Origin: an uncultured Veillonellaceae bacterium | GTDB lineage: Bacteria > Bacillota > Negativicutes > JARBTT01 | Reading direction: 5' to 3' | Assembly: GCA_963805085.1 (NCBI GenBank) | Contig: CAWDTA010000005.1 | Span: 384,001 to 448,000 of the forward strand | DNA: 64,000 bases | Part shown: positions 50,458-60,672 of the stretch, in pieces | How the letters are laid out: every line of letters begins with the position of its first letter | Numbering within the stretch: the first letter of the stretch is position 1 | Notes under the pieces: model-generated | Database searches by the model: none | What the model saw: the letters and a program-made list of their open reading frames with translations, nothing else | What the model was told of the DNA's origin: nothing | Made by a program: the position numbers and the translations under genes

Positions 50458-51156
50458 ATGTCGGGTATATTTTATGGTATTGGTGTAGGTCCAGGAGATC
50501 CAGAATTATTAACATTGAAAGCAGTTAATGTGATACGCGAGGTCGATGTTATCATCGCACCTAAAACGGAAAAAAAAGAAGATAGTTTAGCTCTTTCTAT
50601 TGCTAGACCGTATCTAAAAGATAATGTAGAAATAGTGAAGCAGGTTTTTCCAATGGTTGTTAAGTTTGAACAATCCCCAGAAGCTTGGGAAAGTAATAAA
50701 AATGAAATTTTAGCACTTTTGCAAGCTGGCAAAAAAGTAGCGTTTTTAACCTTGGGTGATCCTATGTTTTATAGTACGTATATTTACGTGTTTAGATTAC
50801 TCGAAAACTGCGGTTATAAAATTGAAACAATTCCCGGTGTGCCAGCATTTTGCGCCATTGGCAGTAAATTGGGCTATCCGTTAGTAGAAGGTAACGATAT
50901 TTTAAGTATTATACCAGCAACAGCAACTGAGAAAAAAATCAAAGAAGTCATTGCTGTGACGGATAATGTTGTGATGATGAAAGTTTATAAAAATTTCCCG
51001 GAAATTGTCGATGTATTAACCGAGAATAAACTTACAGACAAAGCTGTTATGATTAGTAGATGTGGTTTGCCAGATGAAATAATCATTCGTGATTTAGAAC
51101 CTGCCAAGGAGCAGAAAGTAAATTATCTTTCCACGATCTTAGCACGTCGTAGATAG
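50458..51156 (+). CDS. cbiL: Precorrin-2 C20-methyltransferase
   Basis: GVGPGDPELLTLKA, LGDPMFYST, IPGV. Confidence 0.93.
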   Translation: MSGIFYGIGVGPGDPELLTLKAVNVIREVDVIIAPKTEKKEDSLALSIARPYLKDNVEIVKQVFPMVVKFEQSPEAWESNKNEILALLQAGKKVAFLTLGDPMFYSTYIYVFRLLENCGYKIETIPGVPAFCAIGSKLGYPLVEGNDILSIIPATATEKKIKEVIAVTDNVVMMKVYKNFPEIVDVLTENKLTDKAVMISRCGLPDEIIIRDLEPAKEQKVNYLSTILARRR

Positions 51157-51178
51157 TAATTTATCAGAGGAATACAAA

Positions 51179-52150
51179 ATGTTAAAATATAAAAATAAAA
51201 ATTTGTGTATGGCGATTGCACTTGTTAGCTGTTTTCTTATGGTAGTTGGTTGTTCTAAAGGTACAAAAGAAAATAGTTCAGTGGATATGCAGGGGTATCT
51301 TACGGTTACAGATGATTTAAATAGAACAGTAACTTTAGCGGAAAAGCCAGAGAGAATCATTGTTTTATCGCCCTCTTTTTTAGAACCATTGAACGCTGTA
51401 GGTGCGAAAATTATTGCTAGACCTAGTTCAAAAAATGCTGTGCCAGAGTTTGCACAAAACCTTGAAGATGTTGGAGCAGTCTATAATATTAATATCGAAA
51501 AGGTTATATCTCTTCAACCGGATTTAGTTATAGCCTATGAAGGTATGCATGACAAGTTTCTACCGATTCTAGAAACTAATAAAATTCCTGTCATTGTAAT
51601 AAAAATGAAAACCTATGAAGATGTGCTTGATAAAATTAAGTTGTTTGCTGATATTACTGGGGAAAAGCAAAAAGGTGAAGATCTAGCGAGATCGATGCGT
51701 GATAAAGTGCAAGCAGTTATCACGCATATGCCGAAAGATCATAAAAAAATAGCAATTCTTCATAGTACAGCGAAGAGTGTGACTGTAGAACTAGAGGGAA
51801 GCATTGCTGGGACAACGGCAAAAATGCTTGGTTTTGATAACATCGCTGCTAATAGTAAAGCCTTGGAAAAAGATCCAGATTCTACGCCTTATAGCTTAGA
51901 AAAACTGGTAGAAAGCGATCCAGATATCATTTTTGTTGTAACGATGGGGAGTATGGAAGAGATAAAAAAACGCATGATGGATGACGTTGAAAGTAATCCT
52001 GCTTGGAGTTCTTTAAATGCGATAAAAAATAAAAAAGTATACTTTTTGCCGCAAGAATTATTTTTATTAAATCCGGGACTGAAATATCCTGAAGCAATAG
52101 AAAACATGGCAAATTTGGTATATCCAGAGGTATTTGATCATGCAAAATGA
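51179..52150 (+). CDS. Cobalamin/iron-chelate ABC substrate-binding lipoprotein (BtuF-like)
   Basis: Lipobox VVGC; KPERIIVLSP; NIEKVISLQPDLV. Confidence 0.88.
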   Translation: MLKYKNKNLCMAIALVSCFLMVVGCSKGTKENSSVDMQGYLTVTDDLNRTVTLAEKPERIIVLSPSFLEPLNAVGAKIIARPSSKNAVPEFAQNLEDVGAVYNINIEKVISLQPDLVIAYEGMHDKFLPILETNKIPVIVIKMKTYEDVLDKIKLFADITGEKQKGEDLARSMRDKVQAVITHMPKDHKKIAILHSTAKSVTVELEGSIAGTTAKMLGFDNIAANSKALEKDPDSTPYSLEKLVESDPDIIFVVTMGSMEEIKKRMMDDVESNPAWSSLNAIKNKKVYFLPQELFLLNPGLKYPEAIENMANLVYPEVFDHAK

Positions 52151-53168
52151 TATAGTCGTTCATGAAAATAAAAATAGCAAATTTGGCATGAATATGGGGA
52201 GATGGCGAATACTAGTTTTAATAGTATTTGCCATTTTGGCAATTTTAGGCTGTGGTGTTAGTTTATTAAAAGGGTCGGTGAATATTAGTTATACTGAAAT
52301 TTGGCAGATTTTAATTGAAAATGGAACAAGTGCTAAAGATCAAATCATTTTAAATATCCGTTTGCCACGCACGTTGGTTGCTGCTTTCGTAGGAATGAAT
52401 TTATCTCTGTCTGGGGCGATTTTGCAGGCAGTAATGAAAAATCCTTTAGCTGATCCGCATATTATTGGCATTTCTTCTGGTGCTGGTTTGGCTGGTGTCA
52501 TTATTATGATTTTATATCCGGCGATGGAATATTTGATTACTCCTGTGGCTTTCTTGGGGGCTATGGGAGCGGCAATTTGTATTTATATTTTAGCTTGGAA
52601 AGGTGGAATTCGCCCTGTTCGGATTATTTTAGCTGGGGTTGCAGTTTCAGCTTTTCTCGGTTCAGGGATTTCGTCACTAATGATTTTTTATAGTGATCGT
52701 GTGCATGGCGCACTCATGTGGATGGTTGGTGGGCTTGCAGCACGTAGCTGGCCACATGTTGATATTATTTTACCTTATGCCGCGATTGGGATGCTACTGG
52801 CTTTTTTGGGGGCGAAACATTTGAATATTTTGCAACTGGGGGACGAAATCGCTAGAGGTCTAGGTTTGCATGTTGAAATGACCCGTATTGCAATGACAGG
52901 TGTTGCGGCATTATTAGCGGCGAGTGCTGTTAGTGTTGTCGGGTTACTGGGGTTTGTGGGGCTTATTGTGCCACATGCTGCCCGTCTTATGATTGGATCC
53001 GATTATCGTTTTTTATTGCCTGCTTCGGCGCTTTTGGGAGTTGCAGTTGTTACTTTTAGCGATACTTTTGCACGAATTGTATTTTCACCGATTGAGTTGC
53101 CAGTAGGGGTTATTATGGCCTTTTTTGGAGCGCCATTCTTTCTCTTCTTGTTAAGGAGGGAACTATAA
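52134..53168 (+). CDS. FecCD/BtuC-type ABC permease
   Basis: IRLPR, KNPLADP, GFVGLIVPH, ELPVG. Confidence 0.93.
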   Translation: MIMQNDIVVHENKNSKFGMNMGRWRILVLIVFAILAILGCGVSLLKGSVNISYTEIWQILIENGTSAKDQIILNIRLPRTLVAAFVGMNLSLSGAILQAVMKNPLADPHIIGISSGAGLAGVIIMILYPAMEYLITPVAFLGAMGAAICIYILAWKGGIRPVRIILAGVAVSAFLGSGISSLMIFYSDRVHGALMWMVGGLAARSWPHVDIILPYAAIGMLLAFLGAKHLNILQLGDEIARGLGLHVEMTRIAMTGVAALLAASAVSVVGLLGFVGLIVPHAARLMIGSDYRFLLPASALLGVAVVTFSDTFARIVFSPIELPVGVIMAFFGAPFFLFLLRREL

Positions 53169-53956
53169 TGGGTGTTATTAGAGCAAAAAATATAACGATT
53201 ACGTTAAATCATAAAGAAATACTAAAAGATATCAGTATTTCTATTCTTGAAGGTCAATGTACGGTTATTCTCGGTCCGAACGGCTCGGGAAAAAGTACTT
53301 TATTAAAGGCTTTAGCTGGCTTGTTAAAATGCAACGTAGGTACGATTTATTTTGATGAGCAAGAACTTCAGCGTATATCAAAACATCAATTAGCAAAGCA
53401 AATGGCAATCTTACCGCAGGGGGCGGAAGCACCGAAGGATCTAACGGTTGGTGATTTGGTTGACTACGGACGTTTTCCTCATCGTAAATGGTGGAGCAGT
53501 GCTCCAAAAGATGACAAAGAATGTGTCCTTTGGGCGCTAAAGCAAACGGGAATGGAGCAATTCAAGAATCGTTTGGTTAGCACCTTATCTGGAGGAGAGC
53601 GCCAACGCGCTTGGATTGCGATGGCACTGGCGCAAAAACCAAAAGTTTTATTATTAGATGAACCTACCACTTATTTAGATATTGCGCATCAGTTAGAGGT
53701 CATGAATATCGTATCGCGGCTAAATCGTGATAGTGGTATTTCAGTGGTGATGGTGCTGCACGATATTAATCATGCCATGCAGTTTGCCGATGAAATTGTC
53801 ATTTTAAAAGATGGGGAAATCTTTGCAAAAGGCGAACCAGAAAAAGTGATTACAGTTGATCTATTAGAAAAAGTATTTGGCGTAAGTGCAGATGTTTTTA
53901 TCAATCGTGAGGGTAGAACGGTACTAGTGCCAACGACTTATTCAAAGCCAGAATAA
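53168..53956 (+). CDS. FecE/BtuD-type ABC ATPase
   Basis: GPNGSGKS, LSGGERQRAWIA, LLDEPTTYLD. Confidence 0.94.
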   Translation: MGVIRAKNITITLNHKEILKDISISILEGQCTVILGPNGSGKSTLLKALAGLLKCNVGTIYFDEQELQRISKHQLAKQMAILPQGAEAPKDLTVGDLVDYGRFPHRKWWSSAPKDDKECVLWALKQTGMEQFKNRLVSTLSGGERQRAWIAMALAQKPKVLLLDEPTTYLDIAHQLEVMNIVSRLNRDSGISVVMVLHDINHAMQFADEIVILKDGEIFAKGEPEKVITVDLLEKVFGVSADVFINREGRTVLVPTTYSKPE

Positions 53957-54092
53957 ACTAAGGAGTTATTGCGCAATAAAGCAATAGCTCCTTAGTTTAT
54001 TTCTACTATTATATGAAGTCTATAGGGAAGAAAGTTAATACAATTTTTGAAAATCATTATCATTTATCTTGACAAAAAAGATTATGTATTAT

Positions 54093-54149
54093 ATTATAAA
54101 TCCATAATAATGATTATGATTTTCATTATCATTATTATGGATTTATAAT
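54093..54149. promoter_or_regulatory. Long palindrome with Fur-like boxes upstream of feoA
   Basis: 22-bp perfect arms around TGATTATGATTTTCATTATCA; another box near 54048. Confidence 0.75.
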
Positions 54150-54175
54150 TTATGAGTATGATTGGAGGAACAGAG

Positions 54176-54397
54176 ATGACATTAAATGATGTGAAACCAG
54201 GTACTACTGTGAGAATAGAAGGACTGGAAAATTCAAATATAAAATCTCGTCTTATGAGTATGGGGTTAATTAAGGGAACGTCAGTAAAAGTATTGCGCTC
54301 AGCGCCGATGGGGGATCCAATGGCTATATCGGTACGTTCGTATAATTTAGCAGTACGTGTAGCAGATGCAAAAAAAATTGCGGTGAGTGCAATATAA
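54176..54397 (+). CDS. feoA: Ferrous iron transport protein A
   Basis: RLMSMGL, APMGDP. Confidence 0.93.
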   Translation: MTLNDVKPGTTVRIEGLENSNIKSRLMSMGLIKGTSVKVLRSAPMGDPMAISVRSYNLAVRVADAKKIAVSAI

Positions 54398-54417
54398 TTT
54401 TGAGGAGTTGATGGATA

Positions 54418-56307
54418 ATGGCAACACTTTCTGTGGCGTTAACAGGTAACCCGAATACAGGGAAAACAACAATATTTAATGCTTTAACAGGGGCGAGACA
54501 AAAAATTGGTAACTGGCCAGGGGTAACTGTAGATAAAAAAGTTGGTTATATAAATCACAATGACCGTGCGATTTCCGTGATTGATTTACCAGGTACTTAT
54601 AGTATTAATGCGCGCTCTGCTGAAGAGCAAATCGTAATTGATTATTTATTGAATGAAAAACCAGAAGTAGTGGTAAATGTATTAGATGCTTCCAATTTAG
54701 AACGTAACTTATTTTTAACGTTGCAATTACTTGAATATGGGATTCCAGTTATTCTTGATTTGAATATGATGGATGATGCCCAAAAACGTGGATTAAAGAT
54801 TAACGTCAAAGAATTAGAAGATCAGGTTGGAATGCCAGTGGTAGAAACCATTGCAAAAGATGGTAAAAGCATAAAAAAATTAATGGATGTTTTTACTGAG
54901 AAAACATTAGAGAATTATAGAGTAAGCCCTTTGATTGAAGCACACATTGCAAAAACCAAAGAAATAAATAATAGTAGTAGTAGTAAAGAAGAGATAGAAG
55001 AAGAAGTGATTACACTTCGGTATGCACTTATTGATAGTATTGTGGCAAAAGTTGTGAAAAGAAGTGGCGCGAGTACTTCTCTAACTGAAAAGATTGATCA
55101 TGTTTTTGCCAATGGATTTTTAGCTTTACCAATTATTTTAGCAATCATTTATGGTGTTTTTGAAATTACATTTACTTGGATAGGACAGCCAATGGCGGAT
55201 TTTATTAAGGATTTCATTGGTGATACTTTAACCCCTTGGGCTGCTGATGCATTGGCATCTTTAGAGGTTGCGGATTGGCTACAATCGTTGATTGTCGATG
55301 GAGTTATTCCTGGCGTTGGCGGTATATTGACTTTTGTGCCACTCATTTTCACCTTGTTTTTCTGCCTAAGCTTCTTGGATGGTACAGGGTATATGGCACG
55401 TGTTGCGTTTATAATGGATCCTGTTATGCGTCGTACCGGTCTTACAGGTAAAGGGGTAATGCCTCTTATTATGGGCTTTGGCTGCGCGGTTCCAGCGATT
55501 ATGGGAGCAAGGGCGTTGGACTCTGAAAAGGATAGAAGAATCGCAATGCTCGTTACTCCGTTCTTGACTTGCGGGGCAAAGCTTCCTGTTATGGCATTGT
55601 TTGCGGCTTTATTTTTCCCAGATGATGCAACGAATGTGGTGTTTTCTATTTATGTTGCTGGTGTTATTGTGGCGATTGTTATGGCGAAAGTTCTTAATTC
55701 TACTACTTTTAAAAGTGAGGAAAGCACTTTCTTATTAGAATTACCAACGTATAGATTTCCTGATATGAAAACAGTTTTTTTCGAAACTTGGGATAAGGGA
55801 AAAGGTTTTTTAGTCAAAGCTGGTACTATTATTTTTGCGATGTCGATCGTTATTTGGTTCTTGAGTAATTACAATTTCAGTGGGCAAGTTGAAATGGAAG
55901 AAAGCTTCTTAGCATCGATTGGTGCAGTTGTAGCGAATATATTTACGTTCCATGGTTTTGCTACTTGGGAGGCAGGTGCGGCTGTTATTACGGGTATTTT
56001 GGCGAAAGAAGCAATCGTATCTACGATGGGGGTTCTATATGGGGTTGCAGACATCGCGGATGACGCAGCGCAAGCGGCACAGCAAATGCAATCAACTATT
56101 GGTGCTTCATTTTCAGCACTTTCCGCGTACGCTTTTATGATCTTTATCGCATTGTATACGCCATGTATGACTGCGCTTGGGACGATTAAAAAAGAATTTT
56201 CCTCTTGGAAATGGACTTTGTTTTCTGCAAGTTATACCTTTGTTGTTGCATGGGTAGTCTCACTCGTGGTGTATCAAGTTGGTAAATTATTAGGGTTTGG
56301 TGCTTGA
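54418..56307 (+). CDS. feoB: Ferrous iron transport protein B
   Basis: GNPNTGKT, GNWPGVTV, DLPGTYS, LYTPC. Confidence 0.97.
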   Translation: MATLSVALTGNPNTGKTTIFNALTGARQKIGNWPGVTVDKKVGYINHNDRAISVIDLPGTYSINARSAEEQIVIDYLLNEKPEVVVNVLDASNLERNLFLTLQLLEYGIPVILDLNMMDDAQKRGLKINVKELEDQVGMPVVETIAKDGKSIKKLMDVFTEKTLENYRVSPLIEAHIAKTKEINNSSSSKEEIEEEVITLRYALIDSIVAKVVKRSGASTSLTEKIDHVFANGFLALPIILAIIYGVFEITFTWIGQPMADFIKDFIGDTLTPWAADALASLEVADWLQSLIVDGVIPGVGGILTFVPLIFTLFFCLSFLDGTGYMARVAFIMDPVMRRTGLTGKGVMPLIMGFGCAVPAIMGARALDSEKDRRIAMLVTPFLTCGAKLPVMALFAALFFPDDATNVVFSIYVAGVIVAIVMAKVLNSTTFKSEESTFLLELPTYRFPDMKTVFFETWDKGKGFLVKAGTIIFAMSIVIWFLSNYNFSGQVEMEESFLASIGAVVANIFTFHGFATWEAGAAVITGILAKEAIVSTMGVLYGVADIADDAAQAAQQMQSTIGASFSALSAYAFMIFIALYTPCMTALGTIKKEFSSWKWTLFSASYTFVVAWVVSLVVYQVGKLLGFGA

Positions 56308-56402
56308 GTAACACAATTTAAATAAAACTAATTTTTTTATGGGAGGAACAGCATAAAAAAATTAGTTTTTCGAATATGGATGGCGTAAAGGAGAGGTTTA
56401 TT

Positions 56403-56576
56403 ATGACGACAGGCTTTATTTCAACAGTGGTTATTGCCATTGTGATTGGTTTTGTTTTTATGTTAGGAATGAGAAAAATCATTAGAAAATTTACGAAGGG
56501 CGAAAGCGATTGTTGCTCTACAGGAGGCGGTTGTGGTGGTTGCAGCGGTCAGTGTTCAGCAAAAGTAAAAAGTTAA
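56403..56576 (+). CDS. FeoB-associated Cys-rich membrane protein
   Basis: One TM helix, then CC..CGGCSGQC. Confidence 0.85.
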   Translation: MTTGFISTVVIAIVIGFVFMLGMRKIIRKFTKGESDCCSTGGGCGGCSGQCSAKVKS

Positions 56577-56616
56577 AAATATTTCTATATAGAAACTTTC
56601 TAGTAAAGGTGAAGTT

Positions 56617-57207
56617 ATGAATGATTTACTTTTGTCAGGAGATTTACATGAGATCGTAGATGCCTTTAGTACGACGTTAGATGCTAAAAGTACGTACACT
56701 TGTGGACACTCAGAAAGAGTTGCCGAAATATCTTTAGCAATGGCAAAGGTGTTAATTTTGCCCGAAAGTGAGCAAATGCGAATCCATATTGGTGCGCATC
56801 TCCACGATATTGGTAAAATCGGTATTCCTGATTGTATTTTAAACAAACCAGGAAAATTAAATGATATCGAATATGAAATGATGAAGACTCACCCTACGAT
56901 TGGTTATCATATTGTGAGTAAAATAAGAGTGTTAAAACCAATGGCCGATATTGTTCGGCATCATCACGAGCGTATTGATGGAAAAGGTTATCCAGATGGA
57001 TTAAAGGGTGACGAAATTTCCTTAGCTTCGCGAATTGTTGCGATTGCAGATACGTTTGATGCGATGACAAGTCAGCGAGCATATCGTAAAAAGCTAAGCA
57101 TAGCTGAGGCGATTGCAGAGCTAAAGCGTCATCAAGGCACGCAATTCGATGTGGCTATTATTGACGTTGTTATTGATAATAAAATATTGGAGAAGTTTGA
57201 TTTTTGA
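56617..57207 (+). CDS. HD-GYP phosphodiesterase
   Basis: GHSERVA, LHDIGK, HHERIDGKGYP. Confidence 0.94.
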   Translation: MNDLLLSGDLHEIVDAFSTTLDAKSTYTCGHSERVAEISLAMAKVLILPESEQMRIHIGAHLHDIGKIGIPDCILNKPGKLNDIEYEMMKTHPTIGYHIVSKIRVLKPMADIVRHHHERIDGKGYPDGLKGDEISLASRIVAIADTFDAMTSQRAYRKKLSIAEAIAELKRHQGTQFDVAIIDVVIDNKILEKFDF

Positions 57208-57351
57208 TTAGAAAACTATTACAAAATATGTGTGATAGTTTTCTTTTGTTTATCAAACTGAAAAGTGTATTTGTGAAAGGAAAGCATTTATCGTAGAAAC
57301 AATCTGTTATATAATAAATAAAGTAAAAAATCAGAGTTAGGAGATTCTTAT

Positions 57352-57903
57352 ATGAAGAAATGGTTAATAGTTTATTCAAGTAATACTGGCAATACAAGAC
57401 AAGTGGCAGCAGCGATAGGGGAAGAGTTAGCCGACAAAGCGGTTATAAAAGACATAAAAGAAAAGCCTAGTATCGATGAATTTGATGTCATCGTGATTGG
57501 CTTTTGGGTAACCCGAGGAGCCCCGGACCCTTTCTCAAAAGAGTTTTTAGCAAGTGTCAAACATAAGCAAGTTGTTTTATTTCAAACATTAGGCGCAGAT
57601 CCTATTAGTGAACATGCGGTTACTAGCTTAGCAAAAGCAGCTTACTTAGTAGGGGAAGGTTGTAATATTCTGGGTACTTTTTCTTGCCGTGGAAAAATCA
57701 ATCCAGCGTTACTTGAAAAACGTAGAAATTTGCCGGTAGATAACCCGCATCATCATAGTGAAGCTAATTTGAAACGTTGGGAGGCTGCTGCATCGCATCC
57801 TGATAGTGCGGACTTAGACCGGGCACGGGTTTTTATTGATAATATGCAACGTAAATTGGTTATGTTAGAAAATATAATAAGCGTTAATAAATACCTTCTG
57901 TAA
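57352..57903 (+). CDS. Flavodoxin family protein
   Basis: YSSNTGNT, GFWV, SHPD. Confidence 0.88.
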   Translation: MKKWLIVYSSNTGNTRQVAAAIGEELADKAVIKDIKEKPSIDEFDVIVIGFWVTRGAPDPFSKEFLASVKHKQVVLFQTLGADPISEHAVTSLAKAAYLVGEGCNILGTFSCRGKINPALLEKRRNLPVDNPHHHSEANLKRWEAAASHPDSADLDRARVFIDNMQRKLVMLENIISVNKYLL

Positions 57904-57969
57904 GTATATTGACAATATTGAATAGTAATGATAATATGAATAAAATATATATTTTGTTTAAAATTGCAT

Positions 57970-58132
57970 AAGAAGAGTTAGGTGTCCTTGAAGGACTTAA
58001 TAGGGAAGTTTGGTGAAATGCCAACGCGGTCCCGCCACTGTAATAGGGAGCGATTCCAATATATGCCACTGAACAACTGTTTCGGGAAGGTTTGGAGGAG
58101 CGATGACCTAGAGCCAGGAGAACTGCCTAATT
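57970..58132 (+). promoter_or_regulatory. Cobalamin riboswitch
   Basis: AGGTGTCC..TAATAGGGAAG..CGGTCCCGCCACTGTAA..GCCACTG..GGGAAGG..GCCAGGAGAACTGCC. Confidence 0.95.
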
Positions 58133-58578
58133 GACGATCACCGTTTGACCTGCGAGCGATGGGAAGGGGATTAATAGAGTAATCTATTTTTCTCGACTAT
58201 TTTTAAATTGTCGAGATTTTTATTTTAGATTGATTTATTATAGCTAATTAGCCTCTTTTTACGTTACGTAGAAAGGGCTTTTATTATTTCGTCGAAAAGT
58301 TTTTCCTGCTTTTTAGCTTTTGCAGGGAAATATTGCTCATATAGTTTAGTTGCCTTGTTGCGTTTTTTGCGTAACTTATGTTCCTACGCTCATAGGAACA
58401 TATTTTTTCAATCAACAGTCAAATCGGCTGTTATGATAGATAGTCTTGGACGTTGCCATGCAACGTCCAAGACTATTGATTTTTATGATTGTAAAAGCAA
58501 CATTCATGGTAAGTGAAAATTTTCCTTTCTATTCTCTTCGTTATATAATAAAATTAGAAATTATGTCTTGCAATAGAG

Positions 58579-59427
58579 GTGAATAAAGTGATTGAAATCC
58601 AAACCTTAGTAAAAAAATTTGGCAAACGAACTGCTGTAAATGGGCTAAATTTAGAAATAGAACAAGGTGAAATCTTTGGCCTGCTTGGTCCAAATGGTGC
58701 GGGAAAAACGACAACAATTCGCATGTTAACAATGTTAACGAAGCCAACATCCGGTGATATCCTGATTAATGGCCTTCATATTGGGCGGGATGACGAAAAA
58801 ATCAAAGCCTTGATTGGTGTTGTTCCGCAACATATTAATTTAGATCAAGATTTGACGGTTGGTGAAAATCTTGAATTGCATGGTCGTCTACATCATATGT
58901 CTGAAAGTCAACGCAAGACGCGTACGATGGAATTACTAGATTATGTAGAGCTAACTGAACGTGTTCATGATCGTGTACAATCCTTATCGGGTGGGATGAA
59001 ACGTAGACTTTTAATCGCTCGGGCTTTGATGCACCAGCCGAAAATCTTATTGTTAGATGAACCTACGGTTGCCCTTGATCCACAAGTCAGAAGGCGATTG
59101 TGGGATTTGATTCGCCGGATGCATAACGATCATATTACGGTACTGCTTACGACGCATTATATTGAAGAAGCTGAAAATCTTTGTAATCGTGTGGCTATTA
59201 TGGAAAAGGGGAAGCTGATTGCTCTCGATACACCGGTTAGTCTATGCCAACACGTTGGTGCTTATGTGGTGGAATGGGAAGGGGATACTGGGCGTAAATA
59301 CAACTTTTTTACAGCGCGAGAACAAGCTGCAGACTTTGCTGGTACACTTGATGCCACAACAATGATTCGCCATTCAAATTTAGAAGACGTTTTTGTAGAG
59401 TTGACAGGAAGAAAGGTGATCGATTGA
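58579..59427 (+). CDS. ABC-2 (DrrA/NodI-like) ATPase
   Basis: GPNGAGKTT, LSGGMKRR, LTTHYIEEA. Confidence 0.93.
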   Translation: MNKVIEIQTLVKKFGKRTAVNGLNLEIEQGEIFGLLGPNGAGKTTTIRMLTMLTKPTSGDILINGLHIGRDDEKIKALIGVVPQHINLDQDLTVGENLELHGRLHHMSESQRKTRTMELLDYVELTERVHDRVQSLSGGMKRRLLIARALMHQPKILLLDEPTVALDPQVRRRLWDLIRRMHNDHITVLLTTHYIEEAENLCNRVAIMEKGKLIALDTPVSLCQHVGAYVVEWEGDTGRKYNFFTAREQAADFAGTLDATTMIRHSNLEDVFVELTGRKVID

Positions 59428-60173
59428 TGCTTTACGATATTATGACAGTATTTTGGCGGGATTGGTTGGTATTGAAACGGCGGTTGGGTAAATTTTTGTT
59501 AAGTCGTATGGTGGCACCTATGCTATATTTGGTTGCTTTTGGCTGGGGGTTAGGTAGGAGTATTCCGGCGACAACAACTGGCGGAAGCTATCTGGATTTT
59601 CTCGTTCCGGGGATTTTGGCATTAAATTCGATGAATATTAGTTTTAATAGTGTTGGACCGTCTTTGCATACCGCTCGCATGTATCATAAAAGTTTAGAAG
59701 AATATCTAGTGGCACCTATTAAGCCCTTGGCATTTATTATTGGTAAAATTGCGGCAGGTACCCTGCGAGGAATACTATCTTCGCTAATTATTGTCGTTAT
59801 GGCCTATGCTTTTGGTGCCAATTTTCACATCAATATTCTTTTTGTTAGTGTAGTAGCGATTAATTGTATTATTTTTTCGGCACTCGGTTTTATTACAGCG
59901 ATGATGATAAGTTCGCATGAAGATATGGGGAGTGTCAATACGTACTTGTTATTACCGATGTCGTTTCTCTGTGGAACTTTTTTTTCACCTGATAAGTTAC
60001 CAATGATTTTTAAGGTCGTTATCGAAGTATTACCACTTACCCATACGAGCACATTGCTGCGAAGCATTGGCACCGGCAATGAAGTTTCGTTAGTTTCATT
60101 GGTTGTTTTACTTATATATGTAGTTGTATTGATTGGAATTTGTATCTGGACGATGCATAGAGTGTGTAAATAA
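59427..60173 (+). CDS. ABC-2 (NodJ-like) permease
   Basis: YLDFLVPG, FLCGTFF, LPLTH; 6 TM. Confidence 0.92.
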   Translation: MLYDIMTVFWRDWLVLKRRLGKFLLSRMVAPMLYLVAFGWGLGRSIPATTTGGSYLDFLVPGILALNSMNISFNSVGPSLHTARMYHKSLEEYLVAPIKPLAFIIGKIAAGTLRGILSSLIIVVMAYAFGANFHINILFVSVVAINCIIFSALGFITAMMISSHEDMGSVNTYLLLPMSFLCGTFFSPDKLPMIFKVVIEVLPLTHTSTLLRSIGTGNEVSLVSLVVLLIYVVVLIGICIWTMHRVCK

Positions 60174-60317
60174 GTAATGAGGATTTCTTTTAATATGCAT
60201 TTTGCGTATTGCGCAGCAGTAGTATAATGGCAAATCGTATAGTAATAAAATATTTGACAACGTAATAGTATTGTGATATTATATATAAGTAAGTTAACGA
60301 ACTAGTTAACACTACAT

Positions 60318-60400
60318 GCGGGTGTGGCGGAATTGGCAGACGCACCAGACTTAGGATCTGGCGGGTAACCGTGGGGGTTCAAGTCCCTTCACCCGCACCA
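60318..60400 (+). tRNA. tRNA-Leu(TAG)
   Basis: Cloverleaf with variable arm, loop CT-TAG-GA, CCA end. Confidence 0.97.
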
Positions 60401-60672
60401 TTTGATGATATGACCTCTGTAGAAAGTTGCAGAGGTTTTTTGTATGCAAATATAATGAATTATTATTTTATAATTGTATCATGTCGTTATTGAGAAGTTT
60501 AGCATGTACCAAATTCTAAAAATAGATAGAAATTTATTCTATGCACATATATCACTAATTAGGATTTTATTGAGTTTACAGGATAAATATAGTACAATTA
60601 AATGGCGAATATTAAAAAAAATGCTAAAAACAGTAAAATTTGTAACAAAAAAGAAGAGGAGCGTCATCTGCT

